Below are positions 1 through 9,325 of a stretch of 64,000 nt of DNA, piece after piece. This DNA is from Vulcanimicrobiota bacterium. Lineage in GTDB: Bacteria > Vulcanimicrobiota > Xenobia > Xenobiales > JADMJV01. Under the pieces are notes generated by a model. That model did no database searches. It was not told the origin of the DNA and was given only the letters and a program-made list of their open reading frames with translations. A program made the translations under genes and the position numbers. The DNA is taken from the NCBI GenBank assembly GCA_050250895.1, contig JBFWNU010000003.1, positions 32,001 to 96,000 of the forward strand, given 5' to 3'. How positions within the stretch are numbered: position 1 is the stretch's first letter; each line of letters opens with the position of its first letter.

Positions 1-647
1 AGCGAGGGCTCGAAATCGGCCTTCAAATCAAGCCAGGGGCGCCGCTTTCCTATCCGCAGGAGCTCTTCTGACCCGGCCTGCTGGGGTGAGATCGGGCGTC
101 CGGAAGCGTCGAAGAACTGGTACCCCTCATGGGCCAGCGCGGGAGTCGGACTGTTCGAGGTGTAGAAGTCGCCCAGCGCTACCGCCTGCGAGGTAGAGTT
201 AAGCGAATATTTCCAGCCGTCGACCTCGGCCACCAGGCCTCGCAGAGCAAAGTCGTCGGTCAGGCAGTTGTAGGCGCCATAGAGACCAACCTCTTCGTTC
301 TGTTGCTCGCGGGTAGCCGTGAAGCGGGCTCCGTGACTGGCCAACTCCTTGAGGCCGCTGGCCAATTGGGGCTGGGCCACCGAGTCGACCGCAAGGCCAC
401 CGTGAAGCACCCCCAGTTCGCGCAGATCTTCGGGCGTTCGCACTGGCAAAGCGCCGCCAGCGTCGGGGGTCTTGACCTGCAGATACTGGTCAACCTTGCC
501 GTCTTGCAGGCTTTCGGCGGCTTGGGAGCCGGTTTGCGGCACCACGGGTTCTTGCCAGGGAAGTTTGAAGCGTCTAACTCTTTGAAAGTGTAGGCCGGAA
601 CGGTCGAGTTGCTCGGCTGTATTTCTGTTTGCCGGTTGAATGAACAT
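1..647 (-). CDS. Hypothetical protein, 5' part (runs off the left edge of the window)
   Basis: Manual translation from ATG at 647 gives MFIQPANRNTAEQLDRSGLHFQRVRRF...EEVGLYGAYNCLTDD..., open to position 1. It is absent from the ORF track because there is no stop in the window. Confidence 0.7.
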   Translation of the reverse strand, partial: MFIQPANRNTAEQLDRSGLHFQRVRRFKLPWQEPVVPQTGSQAAESLQDGKVDQYLQVKTPDAGGALPVRTPEDLRELGVLHGGLAVDSVAQPQLASGLKELASHGARFTATREQQNEEVGLYGAYNCLTDDFALRGLVAEVDGWKYSLNSTSQAVALGDFYTSNSPTPALAHEGYQFFDASGRPISPQQAGSEELLRIGKRRPWLDLKADFEPS

Positions 648-717
648 CTCTGCGTATGAGAGCAGACACGGTCGTCTTTTTGGTTTCGGACATGTTAAAC
701 GGGCGTCCCTGCGCCGG

Positions 718-749
718 ATCAGCATTCTTTAAGGGTGCCGTGGCAGGCT
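718..749 (+). promoter_or_regulatory. Class I promoter (11-bp-spaced half-sites plus -10)
   Basis: ATCAG(718)-N6-TTAAG(729)-N10-CAGGCT(744)-N8-ATG(758). Confidence 0.5.
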
Positions 750-757
750 AGAGGCCT

Positions 758-1474
758 ATGGCCACCATAACTCGCAACTTTGATCGTCCCGTTACTACCC
801 GCAAGCGTCTGGGCGGAGTGCCCAGAGATCGCTATGAGTCTACCTGGTGGCCCAAGCACGGTCTTGGCAAGGTCGAGCGCCGGGCCGGGGCCGAAGGCGG
901 CCCGGTGGACGTCTATCGAGACGTTCCCGAATATGACGAACACGGTCAGCCGCAACTCGAGAACGTCACCGAGACCATCACCGAAGAGCCCTATCAGCCC
1001 GGACGAAGAGGGGTTGCCTGCAGCCTGCTCGGCGCCGTCACCGCCGGGCTGGGCGCAGCCACCCTGCTAGCCGCCGGCCCGCTCGGCATCGTAGTGGCCG
1101 CTGGTCTGGGAGCCTACGCCGGTCAGAAAGTCGGCGAGCATACGGCCAAAGACGACCAGGTCGACGAAGTGTGGGTGGATCGCAAGATCGTCCATCCTCA
1201 CATGGAAGGCCACACCGAATACACGATTCCTGTCCCCGAATTCCGCCGCCGCTACGACCGCGACGGCGAGCGCCACACCGACGTGAGCATTCGAGGCTAT
1301 TACCATCACCACAGCCCGGATATTCGCGAAGAAGAAGTGGGTGAATTCACCGAACCGACCTTGCAGCATAGCCGCAAGGTCACCCCAGGAGCGGCCGCCC
1401 TGTTGACGGCCGGGGCCGGTCTGGCTCTGGGCGTGGCCGTGGCTGCCCTGGATCGTTCTGGAAAACGCGCTTAG
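758..1474 (+). CDS. Hypothetical membrane protein with glycine-zipper-like hydrophobic segments
   Basis: 238-aa ORF with G/A-rich segments (LLGAVTAGLGAATLLAAGPLGIVVAAGLGAYAG and a C-terminal AAALLTAGAGLALGVAVAA). Confidence 0.75.
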   Translation: MATITRNFDRPVTTRKRLGGVPRDRYESTWWPKHGLGKVERRAGAEGGPVDVYRDVPEYDEHGQPQLENVTETITEEPYQPGRRGVACSLLGAVTAGLGAATLLAAGPLGIVVAAGLGAYAGQKVGEHTAKDDQVDEVWVDRKIVHPHMEGHTEYTIPVPEFRRRYDRDGERHTDVSIRGYYHHHSPDIREEEVGEFTEPTLQHSRKVTPGAAALLTAGAGLALGVAVAALDRSGKRA

Positions 1475-1756
1475 CCGCGCCGCTGGGCCGACTCCTCGTG
1501 ATCGTCGGCCCGGCCGCGGCTTGACGGGACCGCCGAGAAGGTTTGGTCGGGAAGCGAAACTGCGACGAAGGTGACCTTCTCGTCGCTCCCTATCGGCGCT
1601 GCGCGCCGCGCCGCTGGGCCGACTCTTCGTGATCGTCGGCCCGGCCGCGGCTTGACGGGACCGCCGAGAAGGTTTGGTCGGGAAGCGAAACTGCGACGAA
1701 GGTGACCTTCTCGTCGCTCCCTATCGGCGCTGCGCGCCGCGCCGCTGGGCCGACTC
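1474..1756. repeat. 131-bp tandem direct repeat (2 full copies plus 21 nt) made of palindromes; REP/BIME-like
   Basis: Units start at 1474, 1605 and 1736 with GCCGCGCCGCTGGGCCGACTC, and the two full copies are near-identical. Internal hairpins are GGGCCGAC-N11-GTCGGCCC, GCGACGAAGG-TGA-CCTTCTCGTCGC and GGCGC-TGC-GCGCC. It lies between convergent genes. Confidence 0.9.
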
Positions 1757-2963
1757 AGTCGTTTTCGCCGGTCATCAAGAAGAGCGGCCGCATCTCGAAT
1801 TTCTCATAGACCGGACGCAGCCGCTCGGTGTTATAGTGCTTCTTGATGTCGACCAGTTTCTTGGTGCTGGTGACCACCTCGAGAGGAACGTTGTCATAGC
1901 GGCCGTTGCGTAGCACCACCAGGCGCCCTTCGATGCCTTCCAGGATCAAATCCAGGGCCAGGTTGCCATAGGCCATGGGAGCGATCGAGTCGATGGCGTC
2001 GGGAGACCCGCCGCGGACCAGGTAGCCCAGTCGCTGGTTGACCACGTTGACGCGGCGGCCATTGTTGTATTTGGGCGAGAGTTCTTTGAGGCTGGCGGCC
2101 ACCTGGTCGCCGATGCCACCGAGCTTGGCGTGACCGTACATGTCGGTTTCTTGATTCTCGAAGACCATCTCGCCGCCTTTGAACTTGGCTCCCTCAGAGA
2201 CCAGCACCACCGAGTAGTTGCTGGGGTGCTTGATGCGGTCGGCCACCATCAGTTCGGTCAAGTGCTCGATATCGAACTCGAACTCGGGAATGACGCAACG
2301 GTCGGCGGCTCCGGCCATGGTGGGCAGCATGGCCGTGTAGCCGGCGTAGCGCCCGAAAACCTCCAGCACCAGAAAGCGCTCGTGCGAGCCGGCGGTCGTG
2401 CGCAGGTTGTGGGTCAATTCGATGGTGCGACTCACACAGGTAGAAAAGCCGATACAATAGTCGGTGCCCGGCACGTCGTTGTCCATCGTCTTGGGGATGG
2501 CCACGACCTTGACACCCTTCTTGTGAAGATGTACGCCGTAGCTGAGAGTGTCATCGCCGCCGATGGGAATGAGATGGTCGATACCCAGCCATTCGAGGTT
2601 TCTGAGCACCTCGGGGGTCAGATCGTTGACATCTTCTGAGTAGGCGTCGCGAAGGTGCTCGGGCACATTGACTCGAGGAACGTGGCTGGGTCTGGTTCGC
2701 GACGTATGGAGAAAGGTTCCGCCCGTCCGACCGGCCCGATTGACCAGGTTCTCGCTGAGTTCTAGAAAGTTCTCTGAGTTGTCGGCTCCTTCGCTGCGGT
2801 CGATCTCGATGAGTCCGGCCCAGCCACGCCGCAAGCCGATGACGCGATAGCCTTCGCGAATAGCCCGGATGGTAACGGCTCGGATGGCCGGGTTGAGACC
2901 CGGCACATCGCCGCCGCCGGTGAGAATGCCGATGGTGCCTTTGAGCTTGTTATGGTTGGCCAT
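1755..2963 (-). CDS. 6-phosphofructokinase family protein, probably PPi-dependent
   Basis: GILTGGGDVPGLN, GGDD, PKTMDND and EVFGR motifs; GGAGG SD upstream of ATG 2963. Confidence 0.9.
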   Translation of the reverse strand: MANHNKLKGTIGILTGGGDVPGLNPAIRAVTIRAIREGYRVIGLRRGWAGLIEIDRSEGADNSENFLELSENLVNRAGRTGGTFLHTSRTRPSHVPRVNVPEHLRDAYSEDVNDLTPEVLRNLEWLGIDHLIPIGGDDTLSYGVHLHKKGVKVVAIPKTMDNDVPGTDYCIGFSTCVSRTIELTHNLRTTAGSHERFLVLEVFGRYAGYTAMLPTMAGAADRCVIPEFEFDIEHLTELMVADRIKHPSNYSVVLVSEGAKFKGGEMVFENQETDMYGHAKLGGIGDQVAASLKELSPKYNNGRRVNVVNQRLGYLVRGGSPDAIDSIAPMAYGNLALDLILEGIEGRLVVLRNGRYDNVPLEVVTSTKKLVDIKKHYNTERLRPVYEKFEMRPLFLMTGEND

Positions 2964-3026
2964 GCTTGCCTCCAAGAGGTGAGATTGCCGGCAGCATTCG
3001 CACCCAACGGCTTTCCCCCCTGTGGG

Positions 3027-3818
3027 CTAGTGGCGCAGAGTTAGGGTGTAGCGATGCTCGCGCACTCCTGGTTGGCCCTCGAGCGAGGTGCTTCCCACCG
3101 CCAACCGCTTTTCCAGATCGCCCCAGGGGGCGGCCTTGACGGTCACCGTCACCTCGGGGGCCGCCAGGTCGACAGTGAACCAGAGCAGATCGCCGGCCAC
3201 CACCTCGACCTGTTCGAGATCGACTTCGCCCGCCAGGCCACTGACATCAAAGGCGTCGGGTTGGGTCAGCCAGGCATTGACGTTGGAAGGCAGGCTCTCA
3301 GCAGTGGCCTCGTCACTGAGATCGGTGTCGCTACCCACATCGAGGACTTTACGGACCAGCACTTTGTGCGGGCAGCGATCATCGTAGCTACCCGAAGGCG
3401 CCACTCCCCCCGCACAGGTGTAGCCGCACAGGGCGTCATGGTTGTTGGGCACGACCAGGTAATAGAGTATGGTCTTTTGCCAGAAGGGGCTGCCGTCGAC
3501 GGTTCGTTTCGACTGGCCGGTGGCCGGATCGACATCGCTGAGAAACCAGACGGCCTGACCGTCGAGCCCGCCGCCACCCAGATGGGCCGGCACGTCAGCC
3601 GTGCCGATCTCGAAAGCGCTAGCCGCCAGCAGTTCTCGGTCCAGGCGCGAAACGGCCCGCGTGACCGACTGCTCGGCAGCTTGCTGCGAAGAGACTCGAC
3701 TGTGAACCTGGATGCTACCCCGCAAGGCATAAGCTCCGATCACTCCCAACAGGGTGAACAGGCTCAGGGCCAGCATCGCTTCCAGCAGGCTAACGCCGCG
3801 CTCAGGGAGTCGGCGCAT
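3027..3818 (-). CDS. Prepilin-type N-terminal cleavage/methylation domain protein
   Basis: RG|VSLLEAMLALSLF class III signal with Glu at +5. Confidence 0.8.
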   Translation of the reverse strand: MRRLPERGVSLLEAMLALSLFTLLGVIGAYALRGSIQVHSRVSSQQAAEQSVTRAVSRLDRELLAASAFEIGTADVPAHLGGGGLDGQAVWFLSDVDPATGQSKRTVDGSPFWQKTILYYLVVPNNHDALCGYTCAGGVAPSGSYDDRCPHKVLVRKVLDVGSDTDLSDEATAESLPSNVNAWLTQPDAFDVSGLAGEVDLEQVEVVAGDLLWFTVDLAAPEVTVTVKAAPWGDLEKRLAVGSTSLEGQPGVREHRYTLTLRH

Positions 3819-4293
3819 CTCGCTCCGCCACGATGGTGATGGCTCGAGCCTCGAGCTGGCCGTAGCCCTGTCGGGCTTGAACCTGAGAATCGTACCAGTG
3901 GACCACGCACCACACCTGTTTCACCCGATTGTCCGAAAGGCCACCCGACAGACTGCCCAGGTCGGTGCCGTTGGTCTGGTCGAGCAGCGTCTGAGCATAG
4001 ATCGCATAGGTGAAATCGGTATTGCCCACCTGCTCTTGACCAGTGGCAAAGGGGGTGGCCACGTGGGGGTTGTTCCAGAAGCGGTCGTAGTCGCCGGCCG
4101 GATTGTCGAGCATGGCCTGGCGCACGGTGCGCTCGAGGTTGCTCTGGGCCACCTCGTTTCCGACCGAAGTGTCGACGCCCTTGCGCGAGTAACGAACCGC
4201 CTGGGTCGCCAGGGCGGTGAGCGAAAGGACGATGATGGCCAGAAAGGCGAAAGCCAGCATCAGCTCGGCCAGATTGAAACCTCTTCTTTTCAT
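3802..4293 (-). CDS. Prepilin-type (PilV-like) minor pilin
   Basis: MKRRG|FNLAELMLAFAFLAII class III signal; overlaps the next pilin gene. Confidence 0.8.
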   Translation of the reverse strand: MKRRGFNLAELMLAFAFLAIIVLSLTALATQAVRYSRKGVDTSVGNEVAQSNLERTVRQAMLDNPAGDYDRFWNNPHVATPFATGQEQVGNTDFTYAIYAQTLLDQTNGTDLGSLSGGLSDNRVKQVWCVVHWYDSQVQARQGYGQLEARAITIVAERDAPTP

Positions 4294-4372
4294 CACTATA
4301 AACAATAGCCTCGGAAGGGCTCGGCTGCAACCCGAGAAGGCATCTGGATGGAGAGTGTGCTAGAATTCCAGT

Positions 4373-6256
4373 ATGGGGTCAAAGCAGCGCGGCATAGCGT
4401 TTATTTCAGTGCTTTTCGTAGCCCTGGTCGTGACCATGTTCATCGCGGCCGCAGTCAAGCTCGGTCCTCTCAGCGCCGCCGCTGGCGGAGTCAAGTCGGA
4501 CGAGTTGCGGGCCGACGCGGCCGCTGAAGCCGGACTTCAATATGCCATGGCCCGCCTGGCCGAGAATGGCAACTGGCGCGGTGATGGCGACGCCATCATG
4601 GTCGACACGCCGACCCTGACCGTGATTGAGGATCGAGGCAACGTGCTGGGATTGTTGCGAGCCGGGCCCGACGGGCCTCCAGCCCAGTTTCGCATCCGGT
4701 TCAATTATCATGACGGCGGACCGGGCACGGGGCCCAACGACGATGGGCTGGCCGACCCGCAAGCTGCCGGCATGCAGTTCGCCACCCCCTATGTCTCGAT
4801 CAACAACCTGGCTGGGGGCGGCGAGCGCACCGTTCCCCGGGGCGACACCGGAGCAAGCCTGACCGTGAGCGACCCCACCACCGGGCCCTACTCGGTTCCC
4901 GCTTCCCAGGCTGCCGTTCTGGTAGAAGGCCTGGCGGGCACCGGACTCCGCGAGCAGTCGGCCGCAAATCCAGCTCCCGCGGGGCGAGTGGTGCGACGCA
5001 TCCACGAAGCTTATTTTTTGGCCCAGGTCGACGACACTGCCCAGGATGCCTCGATGATGGGCGGGGGTGAGGTCTTGTTTGATCTAGGCACCAACGGAAC
5101 CGTCAAAGTCGACGGCGACAAGAAGTCGACCCCGCCCCGTCTGCGAGCCAAGCAGGAAGTCACGGTCACCGGCACTACCCAGAGCCCCAACCTGATCATG
5201 AACGAGGCCGGCGCCGTGGCCACCCTTTCGGGTAGCCTTCCTAACGCCCTCGGCAATAGCAAGGTAACACCCGAACTCGAAAGTTCGACCGCCGACTTCT
5301 ATAGCCTGACCTGGGGCGACGTCAAGACGGCTGACGAGGCTACCGACCCGGTGCAACTGCCCGGTGGAACCTACGTATGGTGGAGCGAGGACAACAAGCT
5401 TCACTACTATGACATGAGCTGGTCCGACTACAAGACCTATATGGCTAATCCGTCCAACCAGGCCGACCCGGGCACGCCGCTTTCCAACAATCTGAGTGAG
5501 GTTCGCCTCGATAGCGGCACCAGTTCCCTGCTGGGAGGATTTGGTAAGTGGCGGCAGGGCGAAGACGTTCTGATCGTGCCCTCCGCCGACGTTTCCAAGC
5601 AAACGGTAGATTTCGCCGTGGTCCCGCGCAGTGGCTTCAAGACCTCGCCCACCGACACCAGCAACACCATCGATCTCAGTCTCTCGGGCGTCTCTGACTC
5701 GCTGCGCTACGACCAACTGGTCTTCGGTATGGACCCAAAAGCTGGTAGCGGTGATTCTGCCATCCTCTCCACCCAGGAGAACGGTCTGGGGCAGAAGGGC
5801 AATATCATTTTGACCGGAGACTTCAAGTCGAAGAATGGCACCCTCACCTCCGTGGGTGGCATCACCGTAGCCGCTACTGATTTCTCTGGCTATGGCTTCG
5901 GAATCAGCATGTACGCTCAGGGCGACATCGACCTGAGCACCTGGAAGCAGGCCGACGGCAGTTACAAAAAGGTGAATTCAGAAGGGGTCATCTACACCTG
6001 GGGCAACTTCAGCAGCAATAACGGGGTGGGCAGCCCCAACCGGGCCGACTTCAACCTCAAGGGCATCCTGGTGGCCTACGGCAACGACCCATCCAGCGGT
6101 GACGCTGGCGGCCCCGCCGATCTCGACGGCAACATCACCATCACGGCCGACAACGTTCATTTTCAGTGGGACAAAAAGAAGCTGCCCAAGCTGATGAATG
6201 GGCTGAGCCTGTCGACCTACAAAGGCGTTAAACGCACCTACCACACCGTCTACTGA
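4373..6256 (+). CDS. PilX-like N-terminal pilus assembly protein
   Basis: KQRG|IAFISVLFVALVV and AAAEAGLQYA PilX-type N-terminus, beta-rich C-terminus; TAGAAT 6 nt before the ATG. Confidence 0.75.
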   Translation: MGSKQRGIAFISVLFVALVVTMFIAAAVKLGPLSAAAGGVKSDELRADAAAEAGLQYAMARLAENGNWRGDGDAIMVDTPTLTVIEDRGNVLGLLRAGPDGPPAQFRIRFNYHDGGPGTGPNDDGLADPQAAGMQFATPYVSINNLAGGGERTVPRGDTGASLTVSDPTTGPYSVPASQAAVLVEGLAGTGLREQSAANPAPAGRVVRRIHEAYFLAQVDDTAQDASMMGGGEVLFDLGTNGTVKVDGDKKSTPPRLRAKQEVTVTGTTQSPNLIMNEAGAVATLSGSLPNALGNSKVTPELESSTADFYSLTWGDVKTADEATDPVQLPGGTYVWWSEDNKLHYYDMSWSDYKTYMANPSNQADPGTPLSNNLSEVRLDSGTSSLLGGFGKWRQGEDVLIVPSADVSKQTVDFAVVPRSGFKTSPTDTSNTIDLSLSGVSDSLRYDQLVFGMDPKAGSGDSAILSTQENGLGQKGNIILTGDFKSKNGTLTSVGGITVAATDFSGYGFGISMYAQGDIDLSTWKQADGSYKKVNSEGVIYTWGNFSSNNGVGSPNRADFNLKGILVAYGNDPSSGDAGGPADLDGNITITADNVHFQWDKKKLPKLMNGLSLSTYKGVKRTYHTVY

Positions 6257-7224
6257 TGAGCTTGCCCCCCTCGGTCCATAACGTGATCCGGTCGAGCCTG
6301 GTGTTGGCCCTGGTAGGCCTGACCATGGTGGGTTTGAGCTACGGCTACAAGTCACGCTCCCAGCCTGGGCCCGCAATGGTGTCACCCCCCGGCCCAACCG
6401 TGCTGACCTTGCAGGGGCGCGTCACTCTCGGCGGAGTGGACGTCCGCCAGCGCCACTACTACGAAGACGCCGAACTCGATGGATTGCCCCTGCTCGAACG
6501 TGGGGGCCATTGGGCTCGCTATGGCGATGGCAAGGTCGAAGTGCTGGTCACTTGCAAGCCGGCCACGGGGTTGGTGGAGGGCATGGTCAGCAACGCCCTT
6601 TGCGAGGACGGAGCGCCGGTGCTCTGGGCCGCCAGCCCGTATCGAGAGCTTCCTCGCCAGGCCGAGTATCGACTTTCGCAGGCCGGCATTCGGCGCGAAA
6701 TCGACGAGAGCGGGAACCTCCGAGTGTTTGCCTGGGGCGACTATCGGGGCCCTCTACCCGGCCAGTCGGGCTGCGCCGCCCTGCTCAAGGCACACGAACA
6801 CCGCGACCTGGCTGCCTTTGAGGCTGCTCTTGACAAGCAGACCGCCAACCTGATCTGGTGCGACGGTCGGGCCTATCTGACTCACCTGGCGCAAGACGCC
6901 GATAACCTCGTTTACGTCCGGGCCCTGCTAAAGGCCGGGGCCGATCCGGGGGCCGACGGGGGTGAAGGCGTGCGCGAGGCCGATCCCGAGACCGCTCGAC
7001 TTCTGCTGGCGGCGGGGGCCCCGCCCGATTTCGCCGACGCTTTCGGACGAACCCGACTGTTTGAGTGCCAGCCTGACCTGGCCAGGATGCTTCTCGACGC
7101 TGGAGCCGACCCGAACCACCGCGACATCTACGAGAGGACCCCGCTGTTCGGGGCCGATGAAGAGCTGGCCAAACTGCTCTTGGAGGCCGGCGCCGATCCA
7201 AGCCTGGCGGATCCGTCTCGGTGA
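6256..7224 (+). CDS. Membrane-anchored ankyrin repeat protein
   Basis: N-terminal TM; repeats LLKAGADP, LLAAGAPPDFADAFGRT, LLDAGADPNHRDIYERTPL and LLEAGADP. Confidence 0.8.
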   Translation: MSLPPSVHNVIRSSLVLALVGLTMVGLSYGYKSRSQPGPAMVSPPGPTVLTLQGRVTLGGVDVRQRHYYEDAELDGLPLLERGGHWARYGDGKVEVLVTCKPATGLVEGMVSNALCEDGAPVLWAASPYRELPRQAEYRLSQAGIRREIDESGNLRVFAWGDYRGPLPGQSGCAALLKAHEHRDLAAFEAALDKQTANLIWCDGRAYLTHLAQDADNLVYVRALLKAGADPGADGGEGVREADPETARLLLAAGAPPDFADAFGRTRLFECQPDLARMLLDAGADPNHRDIYERTPLFGADEELAKLLLEAGADPSLADPSR

Positions 7225-7337
7225 TAGGCCCGGCTGTGGGCCGGCGGTCGGAGAAAGCGGTCACAGGTTGCCGCTGGCGCTCGAACGAATTCTGAGCGCG
7301 TCCAGGGTCAGGGGGCCGGCGGCTGGAAGCACCCCTG

Positions 7338-7838
7338 GTGAGAAGTTCAATTCAGCTGTTCGTGTTGCTGGTGCTACTGGCTTCCCCGGCCTGGCCGGAG
7401 GGCAGGATCCTGCTGGTGCCGGGCGAGCGGGCCGGCTTGATCGAGCTGGGCAAGCCGATCCCGAGACAGGCTTACGCCACCTACGGGCAACCCAGCTCCC
7501 GCACCGAGCCTGGTGAGGAAGTGGACACCGGTAGTGTGGTTTTTGGGGAGAGCAGCGACTTCCACCTGAGCAAGGGTATGTTGGTCAAGCTCAATGATGG
7601 ACACGAGCGACACAACGTGTTCTCGGTGTATGTCACCGGTCTACGAGCCTACACCCCGGCCGGGGTCTATCTGGGGACGCGCCGCGCCGAGGTCAAGGCG
7701 CGATATCCCGAGGCCGTGGAGGAAGAGGACGCCCTCACCGGCGAGCGGAACCTGAGAATACCGGGGATGCTCTTCTCCTTCTCGGATGATGATCTAGTGG
7801 AAATGGTGGTCCTGCCCATCACCAAACCGACGAAGTGA
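7338..7838 (+). CDS. Hypothetical secreted protein
   Basis: Sec-like signal (LFVLLVLLASPAWP); 166 aa. Confidence 0.7.
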   Translation: MRSSIQLFVLLVLLASPAWPEGRILLVPGERAGLIELGKPIPRQAYATYGQPSSRTEPGEEVDTGSVVFGESSDFHLSKGMLVKLNDGHERHNVFSVYVTGLRAYTPAGVYLGTRRAEVKARYPEAVEEEDALTGERNLRIPGMLFSFSDDDLVEMVVLPITKPTK

Positions 7839-7876
7839 TTCATTAGAGGCCCCGAGTGTGTTCGGACCTCCCTTCA

Positions 7877-7904
7877 AAAGGAAAAGGCGGTCCATCGGAC
7901 CGCC
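7877..7904 (-). terminator. Intrinsic terminator for the VWA gene
   Basis: GGCGGTCC-ATC-GGACCGCC stem with AAAAGGAAAA on its left, which is a U-rich tract on the minus strand. Confidence 0.6.
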
Positions 7905-7915
7905 CTCGAATCGAG

Positions 7916-8006
7916 CGACAGCTCAATTCGCTCCCTGTCGGCCGCAGGCCGAAGTCTCCGCGGCGAAGCCACGCGGCTCCCCTCTCGCCGACGGAGTCGG
8001 CGCTCC
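7916..8006. repeat. REP-like hairpin cluster (GCTCC-linked C-GNA-G triloop hairpins)
   Basis: CGACAGCTCAATTCGCTCCC, TCGGCC-GCA-GGCCGA, GGC-GAA-GCC and GCCGAC-GGA-GTCGGC, with GCTCC linkers; shares motifs with 36487-36898. Confidence 0.75.
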
Positions 8007-9218
8007 TTACTTCATTTCGAAGCCGCTGTCGGGAGCCTCGTTGGCGATAGCGTCGATGACCGCTTTGCCCAGCGAGGCCGGGGCGTTGGCGTCTTTGCGT
8101 TTTTCGGCCAGGAAGGCCTGGCGCTTGCTCTCGAGAGCCCGGATCTTGTCTTGGATAGCCTGCCGCTCGCCGGCCTTCTGCTTGACATAGGCCTCGCGCT
8201 CGGCGGTGCTCATGCCTTTCATCTCTTCGGGCAGCTTCTCGTCGTCGAGATTGGCCGCGTCGAGGCGACCGGTCTTCTCGGCGTCGACCAGGTCCCACTC
8301 GGCGTTGCTATAAGCGGGCGAGGCCTTGGCCACGGAGCGGTTGGTGGCCGCACCGGCGGCAGCCGAATTGGTGTCTTGCGCTTCCTGGCGGCTGGAGTAT
8401 TCAGCCCGCTTGCGCCGCTCACCGTAGGGGATGTAGGTGGTGTTGAGCTTGCGTCCCAACTGTTGGATCTCGTCGTCATAGGGGCTGGTGGGGTCGATCA
8501 CGACCTTGTTGTGGTCGATGATCTTGAGTTCGGTGCGGGCCAGATGGGCTGCCTGGCTCCAGGTCAACTGGTCGTTCTGGTTGCCGTTGCTGCAGTAGAT
8601 GGGGTGAATGAGCACGCCCTTTTTGTTGGCTCGGGCCAATACGCTGTCGAAATCGACCGGGCCCTGATAGAAGCTCTCGTTGCCGGCCACGAAGACCAGG
8701 CGCAACGAGCCTTTGCGCTCTTTCCAATAGAGGCCGTCGAGGGCCGAGCGGATGACCCAGGCGCAATACTCCTGGCCGCCGTTGGTCTCGAGCGAGAACA
8801 GCGTCTCGGAGAGCCCGTCGAGGTCCCCGGTCAGCGGCGAGAGTTGGCGGATGTAGCCCTGTTGCGGGCTCAGCGAACTCTTGCCGTATTCATAGAGGGC
8901 CACCTCGAGGCGAGGGATCTGACCTTTGTAACGGGCCTGGCCTAGAGCGTTGACGATGGACCACAGTTCGGCTTTGGCCTGGTCGATGAGGCCCGACATG
9001 CTGCCGCTGGTGTCGAGCAGGATGGCCACCTGGATCACCGGCTTGCCGTCGTCTTCGACCAGGGGCTTGCGGTTCTTCGGGTCGACCTTCTCGGGCAGGT
9101 CCCAACCGTCTTTGGGGTCCTTGGCTTGAGCCAGGTTGTTGGGGTGAGCCCCGGCCATGGCGGCCACCGTCACGGCCGTAAAGGCGATGAGTGTCAAAAA
9201 TTGCAATATTCTCTTCAT
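8007..9218 (-). CDS. Secreted von Willebrand factor A domain protein
   Basis: Signal peptide MKRILQFLTLIAFTAVTVAAMA; MIDAS motif LLDTSGSM; C-terminal coiled coil. Confidence 0.85.
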   Translation of the reverse strand: MKRILQFLTLIAFTAVTVAAMAGAHPNNLAQAKDPKDGWDLPEKVDPKNRKPLVEDDGKPVIQVAILLDTSGSMSGLIDQAKAELWSIVNALGQARYKGQIPRLEVALYEYGKSSLSPQQGYIRQLSPLTGDLDGLSETLFSLETNGGQEYCAWVIRSALDGLYWKERKGSLRLVFVAGNESFYQGPVDFDSVLARANKKGVLIHPIYCSNGNQNDQLTWSQAAHLARTELKIIDHNKVVIDPTSPYDDEIQQLGRKLNTTYIPYGERRKRAEYSSRQEAQDTNSAAAGAATNRSVAKASPAYSNAEWDLVDAEKTGRLDAANLDDEKLPEEMKGMSTAEREAYVKQKAGERQAIQDKIRALESKRQAFLAEKRKDANAPASLGKAVIDAIANEAPDSGFEMK

Positions 9219-9325
9219 AACAAAACCCTTTCTGGAACCTACGGCGCAGACCATTAGGAAATTATTCCCGAGGTCGGCAAAACCGTGGCCGGGGGGAAAG
9301 AGGCGAGCCTGGCGAATGGCCCGGC

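Noticed and set aside
129-593. 154-aa plus-strand ORF
   Set aside because: Antisense shadow of the longer minus-strand gene starting at 647.
648-700. Class I promoter for the gene at 647
   Set aside because: TTAAC-N6-GAAAC is in phase, but the hexamer 21 nt later is TCTCAT, which lacks the conserved A; not counted among the eight.
1474-1756. Possible CRISPR array
   Set aside because: The units are 131 bp and near-identical throughout, with no unique spacers and no cas genes in the window. The same applies to 36632-36850.
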